Virus record (IMG/VR): IMGVR_UViG_3300005614_001084
Span: 64,001 to 128,000 of that record
Source: a virus
Taxonomy: Duplodnaviria; Caudoviricetes
DNA: 64,000 bases
Reading direction: 5' to 3' (one strand)
Below are positions 19,375-30,021 of this stretch, one piece after another; positions within the stretch are counted from its first letter, which is position 1; every line of letters begins with the position of its first letter. Position numbers and translations under genes: made by a program. The notes below the pieces were generated by a model. It had not been told where the DNA came from, did not search any database, and was given only the letters and a program-made list of their open reading frames with translations.

Positions 19375-19911
19375 TCAGGTCTTGTTGCGCAGGGTGCCCG
19401 GGTCTTCGAAGCTCTCGCCTCCCTCGTCCCAGGCCACCTTCATCTTGCCATCGTCCGTGACGTCGCCGGTGACGACTCCGGTACGAGGCGGGGCCGCGTT
19501 CTTCTCCCCCGGCTTCTGGGGCATCTGGACGCGCGCGCCCGGGGTGAAGGTGTTGCCGTTCTTCTCCATGTCTTCCTCCGTGATCTCGAACTCGAAGATG
19601 ATGTTCGGCCTCTTCTCGACGCCGTTCATCCGATCGATCATGTTCGCCACGACCATTCGGGCGAGCAAGCTCTTGGGTGTGATGGTGATGCGGATGTTGT
19701 CCTTGTTCTCAGGGTCAGACAAGGCCTCGACGCCCCAATCCTCCACCTTCTCTTCGGAAATGGACTTCAGGCCGATGTCGAGCATCGAGACGATCGTCCC
19801 CTTCATTGCCTCCAGAGCTTGCGGCGTGGGGTCGCGCTTGACGTAGCCTTCGAGGCCACGCCGGATGTACTCCTGTATGTAAGCCGTGCTCCTCTTGATG
19901 CTCTCGTCCAT
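19375..19911 (-). CDS. hypothetical protein
   Basis: GGAGG RBS. Confidence 0.6.
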   Translation of the reverse strand: MDESIKRSTAYIQEYIRRGLEGYVKRDPTPQALEAMKGTIVSMLDIGLKSISEEKVEDWGVEALSDPENKDNIRITITPKSLLARMVVANMIDRMNGVEKRPNIIFEFEITEEDMEKNGNTFTPGARVQMPQKPGEKNAAPPRTGVVTGDVTDDGKMKVAWDEGGESFEDPGTLRNKT

Positions 19912-19920
19912 GATCGCCTC

Positions 19921-20211
19921 CTAGTGCTTGCGCGGCTTCTTACGAGCAGCCGGCTTGCGACGGCTGATAGCCCGCTCGGGCATCGCTTCGATCTTCATGC
20001 TGGCGGCAGCGCGTCGCCACGCCTCTTCGAGGTAGAGGCTGAGGTCTTGGCCATCGGCCGGCAGGTCGATGGGGACCTTGGCCACGGCGCGCAGCTCTTG
20101 GTTGAAGAAGGGTACGGCGCCCTTCTTGATCACCAGCTCCACGCTAAGCGTGGCGGCGGGCTCGGCGCTGGTGCGCGGGATACTGTCCTTCAACGAACTC
20201 ACCTGTTGCAT
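19921..20211 (-). CDS. hypothetical protein
   Basis: GGAG RBS, basic C-terminus. Confidence 0.5.
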   Translation of the reverse strand: MQQVSSLKDSIPRTSAEPAATLSVELVIKKGAVPFFNQELRAVAKVPIDLPADGQDLSLYLEEAWRRAAASMKIEAMPERAISRRKPAARKKPRKH

Positions 20212-20460
20212 ATACGCTCCGATCTGTAGGGGCCTTGTCGGGAGGAAGATCTCTTTTCGGTACCGATCCAGTGCTGCATGGCGTCGCACCACCAACATCC
20301 GCCGAAGACGCAGCGGTCCCAAGGGAACCGCTCGTCCGGCATGGGGTGGCTGCATGTGGACAACTTACGATCATAGAGGATGGAGCGAAGCAGAACGTCC
20401 AACGACGGCCACATCACCATCCAGAGCGTAAGAATGATCCACATGCAGCCCTCCGTTCGC

Positions 20461-20808
20461 TCAGCCGTTCTCGGACTCGTCGCTTCCGCCGAAGAGGTCA
20501 CCGGCCGAGGGGATCTCCTCCGCCGACTGCTCCTTCTGCGCCGCGAGCCATGCACGAACGCCGGCCTTGATCGTCTTGTTGGCGATCTTGAGCTGGCTCT
20601 TCATCTCCTCCTCGTCGGCCATGACGTAGACGCCGGGCGCCTTGTCTTCGGTGTCGTGGCCGAACTGGATCGCGAGGGCCATGTGCTTCTGGCCATCGGC
20701 GTCGACCCAGTTGACGCAGAGGAGGTTGGCGGGCGCGACGGCGGTGACCGTGCTGCGCTTGCCGTTCACGAACTCGGGAGCCGCCTTGGGACCTTGGATG
20801 GTGGGCAT
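20461..20808 (-). CDS. hypothetical protein
   Basis: AGGA RBS, typical codon usage. Confidence 0.6.
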   Translation of the reverse strand: MPTIQGPKAAPEFVNGKRSTVTAVAPANLLCVNWVDADGQKHMALAIQFGHDTEDKAPGVYVMADEEEMKSQLKIANKTIKAGVRAWLAAQKEQSAEEIPSAGDLFGGSDESENG

Positions 20809-21118
20809 CTTCTCTTTCCTTTTCTAGGACCCGATCAGGAGGTCCTTGACCGTCTTGCGTCCATCGAGGATCTCCTCGACGGTTCTCTGGTTGATCATGA
20901 TGGGCGCGCCCTGACCGACGCGAACCCAAACTCCCCTGGGCCTGTTCTCACAGATCCAAGCGAGGCAAAAGACAAGGAGCTGGCCCCGGGAGATCGTACC
21001 TCCCGGGGTGGTTTCGTCGTGCAGGAGTTCGAGGCTGCCGTCCTCGTGGCGCTTGAAGAGCTGCACGGCTGTGTAGTCGTGCCCGCTCAACGCCAGGTCG
21101 TATCCGATCACCACCGCA

Positions 21119-21766
21119 TCACCCCTGGGAGAATCCGTCATCGTCGGTTCCGCCCACCGAGTTCGACGGAGGCCTACGGACGACCTCCGGTGCTCCCGCG
21201 CTGCCGGTGATGGGGCGCGCGGAGGCGTGAACGACCGGATTGCCCATGTCGTCCTTCTCCACGCGCCGGGGTGGGTTCTGCTGAGCGCGCGCCCGCCGCA
21301 CCAGCTTCTCGTTGAGGCGGGTGGCCGCGGGGTCATTGGCCACCCGGGCCTTGATCAGCTCTTGACGCTGAGCAAGACCGCTCTTCGGCGGAGTGGGCGC
21401 AGGCGGTGAAGCCTCTTCGATCGCCGCGGCGAGACTGGGCTCGCTCTGGAACATGGTCGGAGGCTCGGTGACTTCGTTCTCCACGTCACCCCCGAAGATC
21501 TCGTCACTGCCCTCTCCGCCCTCGGCGAGCATACTCTCCAAGGGGTCCTCTCCGTGCTCGATCTGCGGCGCGAAGACCTTCGGCCGCTGAAGAGGGTCCG
21601 GGTGCGTGCCGGTCACCGCCATCTTGATGATGGCCCCCAGCTCATCCGCCGTACACTCGATCTCCTTGATGACGCCGGCGATCGAGAGGACCACGACGTT
21701 GTGCTGCGTGTTGGTGTCGGCCTTCCAGATCTGGTTGGCAGACACGAGGTCGATCATGAGCTTCAT
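21119..21766 (-). CDS. hypothetical protein
   Basis: GGAGG RBS before MKLMIDL. Confidence 0.6.
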   Translation of the reverse strand: MKLMIDLVSANQIWKADTNTQHNVVVLSIAGVIKEIECTADELGAIIKMAVTGTHPDPLQRPKVFAPQIEHGEDPLESMLAEGGEGSDEIFGGDVENEVTEPPTMFQSEPSLAAAIEEASPPAPTPPKSGLAQRQELIKARVANDPAATRLNEKLVRRARAQQNPPRRVEKDDMGNPVVHASARPITGSAGAPEVVRRPPSNSVGGTDDDGFSQG

Positions 21767-22146
21767 CGCTTGTTTCCTCCGGGCATCGCTACGGCCGGCG
21801 GTGGAGGATTCCCCGTGACGGCCGTCCGCGCCTCGTCCTGGACCTTCTTGAGCAAGCTGCGGTTGAGCGCAACCTGCGAGAGCGCAGCGCTGCCCTGCTG
21901 TCCCGAGTACAGCAAGATCAAGCACTTGTTGGGAGAGTCGACGGGCAAGCCGTTGGCGTCAAGGCCCTGCTCGGCGTTGAACGCCACGCAGTCGGGTCCG
22001 CAGAGCCGGGTGCCGTCACCCCAGCACAGCGCGCCCTTGCCGGTGTCGAGCTGGGCCGGACGCTCGATGAAGGGACGCGGCTTCGCCTTGAGCCCGCGCT
22101 CCACCTCGTCGAGGTCCTCCAGCTCCTTGTCGCGATCTTTGGCCAT
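21763..22146 (-). CDS. Cys-containing hypothetical protein
   Basis: Coupled ORF. Confidence 0.55.
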   Translation of the reverse strand: MAKDRDKELEDLDEVERGLKAKPRPFIERPAQLDTGKGALCWGDGTRLCGPDCVAFNAEQGLDANGLPVDSPNKCLILLYSGQQGSAALSQVALNRSLLKKVQDEARTAVTGNPPPPAVAMPGGNKR

Positions 22147-22316
22147 CACGTGGGCTCGCCGTCGTTGAGCCACTTCTCGAACAGCTCGATGAGCTGCTGA
22201 TCGGTGGGATCCACCGCGACGTTGTCGCGGTAGTACTTGCTGCGCAGGAACTTGAGGAACCGCCCCACGAACTCCTGCGCCGTCGGGGGAAGCTTGAACT
22301 GGATGCCGGTGGTCAC
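22146..22316 (-). CDS. small protein (56 aa, not in the ORF track)
   Basis: GTG start overlaps the upstream stop; MTTGIQFKLPPTAQEFVGRFLKFL... fills the gap exactly. Confidence 0.55.
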   Translation of the reverse strand: MTTGIQFKLPPTAQEFVGRFLKFLRSKYYRDNVAVDPTDQQLIELFEKWLNDGEPT

Positions 22317-22858
22317 TTGTGCTTGGCCTTTCTACGTTCCTTGCGATTTCTGATCTTGTCGGCGTGCTCCTTGTCCTCGGCGGCGAAGAGCGGATGGATG
22401 TCGGTGCCCATGACTCTGGCGAACCGGCGATTCTGGCGCTCTGCCTCCTCGAACGCCGCGGTGATCGCCTTCTCGCAGACGCGCTGCATCACGGCGTCAC
22501 GCGAGTGCTGGGCCTCACGATTCCACATCACGACGCGAACGCGCTCTTCCGTCGTCATGCTCTCCTTCTCTTCGAACTTCCGAGGCAGGAGACCGATGAA
22601 CTCCAACGCCTGCACGAGCGGGCCCGCGGCGCGCGTCGCCATGACCCTAAGCAGCACGATGCCGATGCGCTCGATCGACCAGATCTTCTCGGTCGTGGCG
22701 AAGCCTGTGGTCTCCGACACCTTGCCGGTCCAGCCGCAGTTCACGCACTCCGCGTTGTTGTTGGGGCTCTGCCCATCGGCGGTGATCAGCGACCCCACCG
22801 TGGTGGTGATGAGATCGATGCCACCACAGTCGGGACAGGCGTAGCGAACTTCGGACAT
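22313..22858 (-). CDS. zinc-ribbon protein
   Basis: CPDCG...CVNCGW. Confidence 0.6.
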   Translation of the reverse strand: MSEVRYACPDCGGIDLITTTVGSLITADGQSPNNNAECVNCGWTGKVSETTGFATTEKIWSIERIGIVLLRVMATRAAGPLVQALEFIGLLPRKFEEKESMTTEERVRVVMWNREAQHSRDAVMQRVCEKAITAAFEEAERQNRRFARVMGTDIHPLFAAEDKEHADKIRNRKERRKAKHK

Positions 22859-23322
22859 CAGCGTTCCTCCGGATCCATGAGCTTGCCGAGGCCGACGAGC
22901 GCCTCGATGTGATTGGGACCTACGCAAAAGATCGAGCTATGCTCGTTCAGACGCAGCGTGACGGCCAGGATGCCGCCGAGTGGACCGACGTCGACCACCG
23001 CATACGCGGGCTCGATGAGTGCCCGAGGCGAGTACGTCATGTTCATACGAAGCGATCGGATGTCGAAGCTCGCCTCCGCCTTCCAGAACGCACGCGGATT
23101 ACGGAGCCGCCAGTTGTAGCGGTAGTTGCCATATTCGAGTAGATCGATGATTCTAAGCGTGATGGCCGCGCCGAGCCGGTCACCATACGCCTGGTTCGTG
23201 AACCGGCGCGAAAGATCATCGTGCATGAACTCCTCGAACTCCCCGGAGTCCTCGGGAAGCTCAAGGGCCGGCCGATCCACCCCAACGAGGCGGACGGTCG
23301 GCGTCTTGAACGCCGCACTCAC
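22858..23322 (-). CDS. hypothetical protein
   Basis: Coupled ORF. Confidence 0.5.
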   Translation of the reverse strand: MSAAFKTPTVRLVGVDRPALELPEDSGEFEEFMHDDLSRRFTNQAYGDRLGAAITLRIIDLLEYGNYRYNWRLRNPRAFWKAEASFDIRSLRMNMTYSPRALIEPAYAVVDVGPLGGILAVTLRLNEHSSIFCVGPNHIEALVGLGKLMDPEER

Positions 23323-24020
23323 GGCTTGCTGTCCTCGGGCTTCGCCTGGCTGAGCTTCTTGGCGAAGTCCTCGGTGGCGCTGATCGCGTTGGGATCGTCG
23401 ATGCCGCGCGATCCGTAGAGCTTGTCGACCTCCGCCGTGTTGCCCATGCGCGAGTTGCCGACGTACGCGCTGCCCATGCGCGCCGCCTTCATGATGCCGC
23501 CGCGCGACTTCGACGCGCTGAAGCCCCGCACGCCGACGCTGCCGCCGGTCTGCTGCGCGTCGATGTCCATGCCGAAGAAGAGGAACTTCCAGTTGTACTT
23601 CGTCTCCTGCTCCTTCACCAGCTTGCGGATCTGCTCGCCGGTGACGTCCATCTGGGGCTGGTTCTCACCACCGTCGCTGAAGATCAGCACGATGACCTTC
23701 GACGGCCGCTTCTCCTCCGGCATCGCGGCAAGCTTGGCGCCCATGCTCGTGATGAGCCGGTGCAGCGAGTAGTTGAGCGCCGTCATGCCCCGCGGCGAGA
23801 CGTTCTCGACCATGATGTTGGGCGCGGTGAGCACGTCCTGATCTTCGTAGATCAGCTCGTAGAGGTTGTCAAAGCTGACCACGGTGACCGAGGCCCGACC
23901 GGGCACCTTCCGCTGATCTTCGAGGAACTTGTTGACGCCGCCGACTACCTCGCTCTCCGAGCCCCTCATCGAGCCCGAGCGGTCCAGCAGCATGCCGATG
24001 TACGTGAAGTCCTTGTCCAT
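23319..24020 (-). CDS. von Willebrand factor A (vWA) domain protein
   Basis: MIDAS motif DRSGSM, plus GMTAL and SDGGEN. Confidence 0.85.
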   Translation of the reverse strand: MDKDFTYIGMLLDRSGSMRGSESEVVGGVNKFLEDQRKVPGRASVTVVSFDNLYELIYEDQDVLTAPNIMVENVSPRGMTALNYSLHRLITSMGAKLAAMPEEKRPSKVIVLIFSDGGENQPQMDVTGEQIRKLVKEQETKYNWKFLFFGMDIDAQQTGGSVGVRGFSASKSRGGIMKAARMGSAYVGNSRMGNTAEVDKLYGSRGIDDPNAISATEDFAKKLSQAKPEDSKP

Positions 24021-24289
24021 GATCTACCTGGCCTTTCTCTTCGTCTTCGTTGCGGTTCGTTGCTTCTTGCGCTTGAGCCCCTCGTCCATCCGCTTTGCGG
24101 TGTCCACGGGATAGGTGCCGCACATGATCTGCGCGACGATCGGGAATCGAAGGCGGACCTGCTCCGCCTGCTGCATGCTGCTGTACTTCGGTGTCTCTTC
24201 GAGCGTGGCACCGAGAGCCGGCAACATGGTGCCGTTGCCCCGGTAGTAACCCGGATGCTTCTCGCTGTCGTATCTGATCACGTACTCCA

Positions 24290-24910
24290 TCAGCGCAGTC
24301 TCCGCCAGTCGTAACCCTTGTACTGGCCGAGCACGAAGCTCGGAGGTTGGTGCGATCCCTCGGCCGGAGGATCGATGCTGCCGATGGTCTTGACCTCGCC
24401 CACCATCGGCGGACGCAAGTGATACGACTGGTAGTGGTACTTCTTGCTGCTCTCCTGTCCCCAGACGTTGTAGGTCTCGAAGACCTCGATCAGCACCTCG
24501 TCCTCGTCCAACCGGCCCTTGATGCCGACATACAACGCGACGACGTAGCCGTTCCGCGGATGCGGCTTCTGCTCTTGCACGAGACCGGCGGCCCGCAGCG
24601 TGGTGATGATGTGCTTGATCAGCCTCTCGTCCTCGTCGTGGGTGTAGGAGAACTTGGTGCTGGCCGCGTTGAACTCGATGTAGATCCGCCGCGCCTCTTC
24701 CTTCTTCACAGCCTCTCGGGAACTGGGATACAGGAAGACGGACGAGCCCCACGAGAGGTGCGAGCGGCTGAGCACGATCAGCCCGGTGGTTGGGTCGGCT
24801 ACGATCACACCCGGCCAGACCTGCTCGATCACCGGCAAGATGTAGGACGGCGCGCTGTCCCGCAAGATGCCGTCCAGAACGATGCTGTTCCCCTTTTCGA
24901 GGACGTTCAC
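24290..24910 (-). CDS. hypothetical protein
   Basis: Coupled ORF. Confidence 0.55.
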   Translation of the reverse strand: MNVLEKGNSIVLDGILRDSAPSYILPVIEQVWPGVIVADPTTGLIVLSRSHLSWGSSVFLYPSSREAVKKEEARRIYIEFNAASTKFSYTHDEDERLIKHIITTLRAAGLVQEQKPHPRNGYVVALYVGIKGRLDEDEVLIEVFETYNVWGQESSKKYHYQSYHLRPPMVGEVKTIGSIDPPAEGSHQPPSFVLGQYKGYDWRRLR

Positions 24911-25308
24911 TCGTCCACTCCCTGGTAGACGCCGCCTGGGTTGTCGAGCTGCGGAACGAAGGTGTACGGCAGATCGTTGCGACCTCCGGGATCGAGCACG
25001 AGCGGCCGGCCCTTGTTCCAGCCCACGATGGCCTGGAAGCGCGGGATCTCCTGGCCGCGATTCTCGACGCCCTTGGCGAGCGCCTCTTCGTCGCTGAGGC
25101 CAGTGCGCCAGTCGATCTCCTTGATGAAGTCCTCGACGGTGCGGAACCGCATCTTCGAGCCGCCCTCGGCGATGCCGTTCTCCAGCGCGACCGCTTCGTA
25201 GATCACGAGCTGATCGTCGTCATCGTGCGTGTCGCCGTTGCTGGCGCAGCCGTGCACGAAGTAGATGCCGCCCTTGTAGTGGACGAAGTAGCCCTTCTCG
25301 ACTCTCAT
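24907..25308 (-). CDS. DUF1653-like protein
   Basis: GYFVHYKGGIYFV...LVIYEA...RTVEDF. Confidence 0.65.
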   Translation of the reverse strand: MRVEKGYFVHYKGGIYFVHGCASNGDTHDDDDQLVIYEAVALENGIAEGGSKMRFRTVEDFIKEIDWRTGLSDEEALAKGVENRGQEIPRFQAIVGWNKGRPLVLDPGGRNDLPYTFVPQLDNPGGVYQGVDE

Positions 25309-25892
25309 GGTGCCTCGAAGATGTGACGGAGGAGATTGCGATCGCTGTCGGTTATGCGGGGCGGGAAGCCGCCCGAGGTCGGTGACTGCACCGCACGCAT
25401 GATGCTGGACTCGAACGGATCGTGGTCGAGCCCGAGGCAGTGCCCCAGCTCGTGTTGCAGCACCAGCAAGGTGATCTCATCGGTACCGGTGTTCGAGGTG
25501 GTGATGTCGCAGTGCCGGCTGCCCGCGGTGAAGACGGCATCGCCTCCGGGGTCACGCCAGCCGTGCTCCGACGGCGCGCCGACCACCACGGTGATGTGAC
25601 AGATGCCGGCACTGCCCGGGGCGGCGTAATCGAGCACGTTGAGCCCCAGCCGGGTGTTCGTGGTGTTGATGGCGCTCTCCACCAGCGTGTAGGCGTGCTC
25701 GGTGCCGTCGGGGGCGTAGGAGCGCGGGCAGACGAAGATGGGCGTGTCCGAGGCGCCGAAGCCTGGTGTCTCCGCCATGAGCCCGGGCTCCGTGTGCGTG
25801 GTGACGCCGTAGATCACCAGCCCGCCGCAGACCAACGTCAGCAGTCCGATGATGATCGCCATGAACTTCCAGCTCTTGATGAAATCCGCCAT
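25305..25892 (-). CDS. membrane-anchored matrixin-type (metzincin) metalloprotease
   Basis: N-terminal TM; HELGHCLGLDH zinc motif and SIM Met-turn. Confidence 0.8.
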   Translation of the reverse strand: MADFIKSWKFMAIIIGLLTLVCGGLVIYGVTTHTEPGLMAETPGFGASDTPIFVCPRSYAPDGTEHAYTLVESAINTTNTRLGLNVLDYAAPGSAGICHITVVVGAPSEHGWRDPGGDAVFTAGSRHCDITTSNTGTDEITLLVLQHELGHCLGLDHDPFESSIMRAVQSPTSGGFPPRITDSDRNLLRHIFEAP

Positions 25893-25902
25893 GCTCTCCT
25901 CC

Positions 25903-26661
25903 TCAAATCGGGCAGTTACCGATTGCATCGAGCGCGATCTCGCGCTGCGCGTCCGCCCACTCTTCGCGGGTCTCGTTGTTGCTGTTGCGCTGCTCCGCCG
26001 GCTCGGCCTCGTGATCGGAGTCGAGCTTCCTGCCCTCTTCCCCCTCCACGTCGTGGTCGTACTCGCGGTCTGCGCTCTTCTCCTCGTTCTTCACGATCGG
26101 ATTCTCGCAGTGCGTACAGATGAGATTCTCGTCTTCGCCAGGCCCATCCCAGTCGTTGAAGTCGAGGCTGTCGAGATCGCTGGACCAGCTCTCCAGGTTC
26201 TCGCTCTTCTCCTTACAGTCCTCGGCCGTGGAGCTGCCCCCGGTGAACACTGCCTCGATGTTGTCGGCCGACTCCTGGTACTCCTGCGCCACCTCATCGA
26301 TCTCGTTCTTGAGATCTTCGATGATGCTCTCCAGGGCATCGGTCCCCTCTTCCGGGTCCCAATCGTCCGCCGCATCCTCGGCAGTCTCCTGCGCGGCGTA
26401 GATGCGGCTCAGCTTGTCCGACGACGTCATGTCCGACGGCCGGAACCTGCACTCGTTCCGCATGCAGCGGATGGTCTTGGGCCGCCGGTTGAACTTGATC
26501 CACCGGTAGCTGTCGCCGAGCACGCGGACGCGCTTGCGCTTCTTCTTGCCCGTGCGCTTGTCGACGACCGTCTGCATCTCGAAGCGAGACGGACGAATCT
26601 TGGCACCGCACTTCCGGCACTCCTGCTTCGTCTGGGCGTGCTTGACTTCCGTGATCTTCAT
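25903..26661 (-). CDS. hypothetical protein with basic zinc-binding N-terminus and acidic C-terminus
   Basis: CRKC, K/R-rich region, then a D/E-rich helical region. Confidence 0.65.
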   Translation of the reverse strand: MKITEVKHAQTKQECRKCGAKIRPSRFEMQTVVDKRTGKKKRKRVRVLGDSYRWIKFNRRPKTIRCMRNECRFRPSDMTSSDKLSRIYAAQETAEDAADDWDPEEGTDALESIIEDLKNEIDEVAQEYQESADNIEAVFTGGSSTAEDCKEKSENLESWSSDLDSLDFNDWDGPGEDENLICTHCENPIVKNEEKSADREYDHDVEGEEGRKLDSDHEAEPAEQRNSNNETREEWADAQREIALDAIGNCPI

Positions 26662-27131
26662 GCGCCCTCAGGAGATACATTATGGGGATTGTTGGCCTGC
26701 TCGATCTCTTGCGTGACCGGTTCTGTGATCTCCACTTCCGTAGGAGACACGTTCGCGGAAGTCGAACTGATGATGTACGGCCCTTTGGGGCTGTAGCCGT
26801 AGGGCTTCCAGCCTAGAGCAGTGAGGTACTCGAAGATCTTCGGATCCACCACTCCATCGTGCCCAGAGCAGTAGAACTCCATGTAGTTCATCGAGTCCCG
26901 CATGTACCGCTCGGTGCCCATGTAGATCTCACCTACGTAAGCACCGGCACCACGAAACGTGACACTGAACTCGATCTCACCCTTCCTCCATGTCACGTTC
27001 GAAAATGCGCACCACAGCCGAGCAGCATTCGCCCACGACTCACGGATCCACGGAATCAATCCTTGGATGTCCTCGGTCATCGCGTAGTGGCCGTCTGGGG
27101 TGTTGAAGAGGCTGGGACCAGGACGCGTCAT
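26658..27131 (-). CDS. hypothetical protein
   Basis: GGAGG RBS. Confidence 0.55.
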   Translation of the reverse strand: MTRPGPSLFNTPDGHYAMTEDIQGLIPWIRESWANAARLWCAFSNVTWRKGEIEFSVTFRGAGAYVGEIYMGTERYMRDSMNYMEFYCSGHDGVVDPKIFEYLTALGWKPYGYSPKGPYIISSTSANVSPTEVEITEPVTQEIEQANNPHNVSPEGA

Positions 27132-27856
27132 GGCTTGACCTCCATGTTGAGGATGATGAACTCGGCCGCTGCCTGGGGCCACACAAAGCGTTCGATCATG
27201 CTCTTGTGTGGATTACTGGGATCGGTCCAGGCCACATCGAGCATGCGCGTCTTGCTGCCGTTGGGGTGGTGCACGTCGAAGTACGCGACTCGGTGCACCG
27301 CTGTGCTCTTGGTGGCCATTAGCCCTGATGCCGGCGGAACAGCGCTGCCGCCACCGGGTCCTTGACGTCGTTGGAAGTGAGATCGATGAAGCCCAGCGGA
27401 CCATCGACCGGGACGGCTGGCACACCCGCCGCGCAGTCCTTGCACGGGCTGAAGTGCTTCGGCGTCTTGGCAGTAAAGCCACGAAGGATCCTGACGTGGC
27501 CGCACTCCGCAGTCACAGTCCTGATCGTCTTCTTGTTCCAGGTGAAGGTGCGGCCGCGGACAGAGGACTTCTCCTCCTCGGTCTTCACGCACCGCACCAC
27601 CTTGCGCTTGAACTCGTCCATCACGGCCTCTTCTTGATCTCTTCGATGAGCTTGTCCCACCAACCCGCCGGCCAGTCCCCGAGCTGTCGCTTGAGTGAGT
27701 CGGCGAGATCATCCGGCTTGATCATCAGCGCGGTACGGTCCGATCCGTCGACCGTGGTCTCTGTCTTCTGGCTACCGTGCCGCAAGAACGCGGCACCATC
27801 ATTCTCCTCGTGAATGATGAACTGGACCTTCTTGACCCATCGCTCGGTTCCCACAA

Positions 27857-28855
27857 TCAGCTCTTCTTCCTCCGCGCCTTGCGCGGCTTCTTCTGGATGC
27901 TCTTCATCGCCTTGGCGAGGCGCTTCTTATCCAGCTCCTCCTGCTTCTTGATCTTGGCGACGAGTTTGGCGTCGATGAGGTCGTCCAACCGCTCCACGAT
28001 CAGATCGCGCAGCACCGTGGGTGGCAGCGCGTCGACCTCCCACGAGCTGTGGCCGTGCTTCTTCACGAACGCGGCGTACCGGGAGTCCGTGGGCTTGGCG
28101 ACGTTCGGCGGCGGCTTGTACTGCTGGATCTGCTCCATGGTGAGGGCGAGCTTCTCCACCTCGACCGAGGTTCTCCGCAGCCTGATAGCGCGGGCATGGG
28201 AGGCTTCCGCTTCCCACTTCTTGGTCTTCTCGTTGAGCTTGAAGATCGTGCCGGAGTTCACGTACTCGTCCAGGCGCACCTGGATGTCGCGCACCATGTC
28301 CTCGCCGCTGGGATCGAAGTCCCCGAGGTAGAGGATGGTGACGTCGTCGCAGCCGATGGCGTTGACTTGAGATCGGACGCGCTCGCCAGCTTCCTTCATC
28401 GCCGAGGTCGACGAATACCCACGATTCACCATGAGAGGCACGTGGTACTCGTTCGCGATCGGTGCCAGCACTCCTGCGAGCGCGTCCTTCTCCACCCACA
28501 GCTCCACGTATCGATCCTGTCCGTGAAGCCGCGGCAGGCGGTAGCTCTCGACGGCCGAATCGATCAGGTTGGTGAGCCCACTGAACTCCGGCGGCATGAA
28601 CGGGATGCGGATGCGGTCTTCCACAGCCAGCCAGTCCAGGATGCCGCCCCGTCGCGCCTTCGAGACGATCTCGCCGAGGCGCTTGTACTCGTTCTTCGTG
28701 TTCTGTATCTCGTCGCGAGAGACAAGCTGGTAGAAGAGCTGGCGGAGCGTCATCGTGAGCCCAGCCGCCTGGTACTCCTTGATGATGTCGATGATCTTGT
28801 GCAGCAGGGCCACGGTCTTATCTTCGGGCCGGTACCGCTCGTAGAACTCAAGCAT
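27857..28855 (-). CDS. Topo VI-A/Spo11-like winged-helix + TOPRIM protein
   Basis: TLRQLFYQL (catalytic-Tyr region), VELWVEKDAL, RGYSS and YLGDFDPSG TOPRIM motifs. Confidence 0.75.
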   Translation of the reverse strand: MLEFYERYRPEDKTVALLHKIIDIIKEYQAAGLTMTLRQLFYQLVSRDEIQNTKNEYKRLGEIVSKARRGGILDWLAVEDRIRIPFMPPEFSGLTNLIDSAVESYRLPRLHGQDRYVELWVEKDALAGVLAPIANEYHVPLMVNRGYSSTSAMKEAGERVRSQVNAIGCDDVTILYLGDFDPSGEDMVRDIQVRLDEYVNSGTIFKLNEKTKKWEAEASHARAIRLRRTSVEVEKLALTMEQIQQYKPPPNVAKPTDSRYAAFVKKHGHSSWEVDALPPTVLRDLIVERLDDLIDAKLVAKIKKQEELDKKRLAKAMKSIQKKPRKARRKKS

Positions 28856-30021
28856 CGAACACCTCCACGACCTGCCAACCATCGCCGCGCTTAGATCGCA
28901 CCTTCAGGACGTCTCGACGCGCCCGAGCTTCCTCGCGAATGCGCGCGGTGCCCACCACCAGATCCAACTCGGCAGTGCGAAACGCGAGAAGCGTCCACCA
29001 GCCGCCGTGCTTGCTGAACTTGATCTCCATCCCGGGAACGAGATGAAGATGCTTGCGCTCCACGCCGAGCTTCACGATGCGGCGCGCGCAGTTGCAGTCG
29101 TGCCCGTTGTCCACCGGCTTGCTGTGGCTGGCACCGAAACACCACCATCGTACGTCACGGTCCATCGCTGTCTCCTAGATCTTGATGTCACCGAGTAGAA
29201 GAGCGGTGGCGAGACCTCTCGCGTGACCGGCTCTGCGCGCGTAGTGCGCCATGCCCTCCACGCTCGCCTTGTAGCCGTTGGGATCTCCGGGAGGTGTGAG
29301 GTCCTTGGCCCAGGAGTCGGCCTGATGTTCATCGACCCGAAGACCGCGAGCGATCATGGCGTAATCACCGGGCCGATCCCAGTGCTCCGCCCACTTCAGG
29401 TTTCTGGACAGCAAGTCGTCAATCAGGATCTTGTCAGTACCGTCGCGATCCATCGAACCTCTCCATCTGCTTCTTCGCCAGGTACACGGCGGCGAGCGCT
29501 CTCCATGGCCCACCGCTCCATCGCCTCGACACGAGGTGCAGTGCTCGGGCGAGGCGGCGTTGCAGCCGCCTGCGCTTCCTACTCCTCAGGCTCACGACGC
29601 GCGCCGGATCGCGGCCCTGGCCTCGTCTTCGCTCTGCGTGATGTTCTCGATCTCGGCATAGGCCTCCGCCTTGGTCATCAGTGGGGAGTCGAGATCGATG
29701 GTGGTGTTGTCCTTGCGGTAGACGGTGAGGCGCACCACGCAGTTGCGGGGCGGCGGCTTCGCCACCTCCACAACCACGGGCGGCTTGGTTCGGCACGCGT
29801 TGCTCATGGCTGCTCCGGGAAGTACTCGTTGTGAAAGATCGTGACCCCAATGGTCCCGCTCTTGGTGTAAGGGCTGGTGATTGTCGCATCCCATGCCGGA
29901 AGACCAGCCGGGTTCTCCTTGGCCACGCAGTCGACGAGCACGTGCGCGGGCACCTGCACAGGCCTCAGAGCCACGACCAGGCGGCCCCAGATCCTCGATC
30001 CGACCCTCAGCTCTGCGCCCA

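Noticed and set aside
27857-28855. Wadjet (JetD) defence system
   Set aside because: No jetABC/SMC genes are adjacent.
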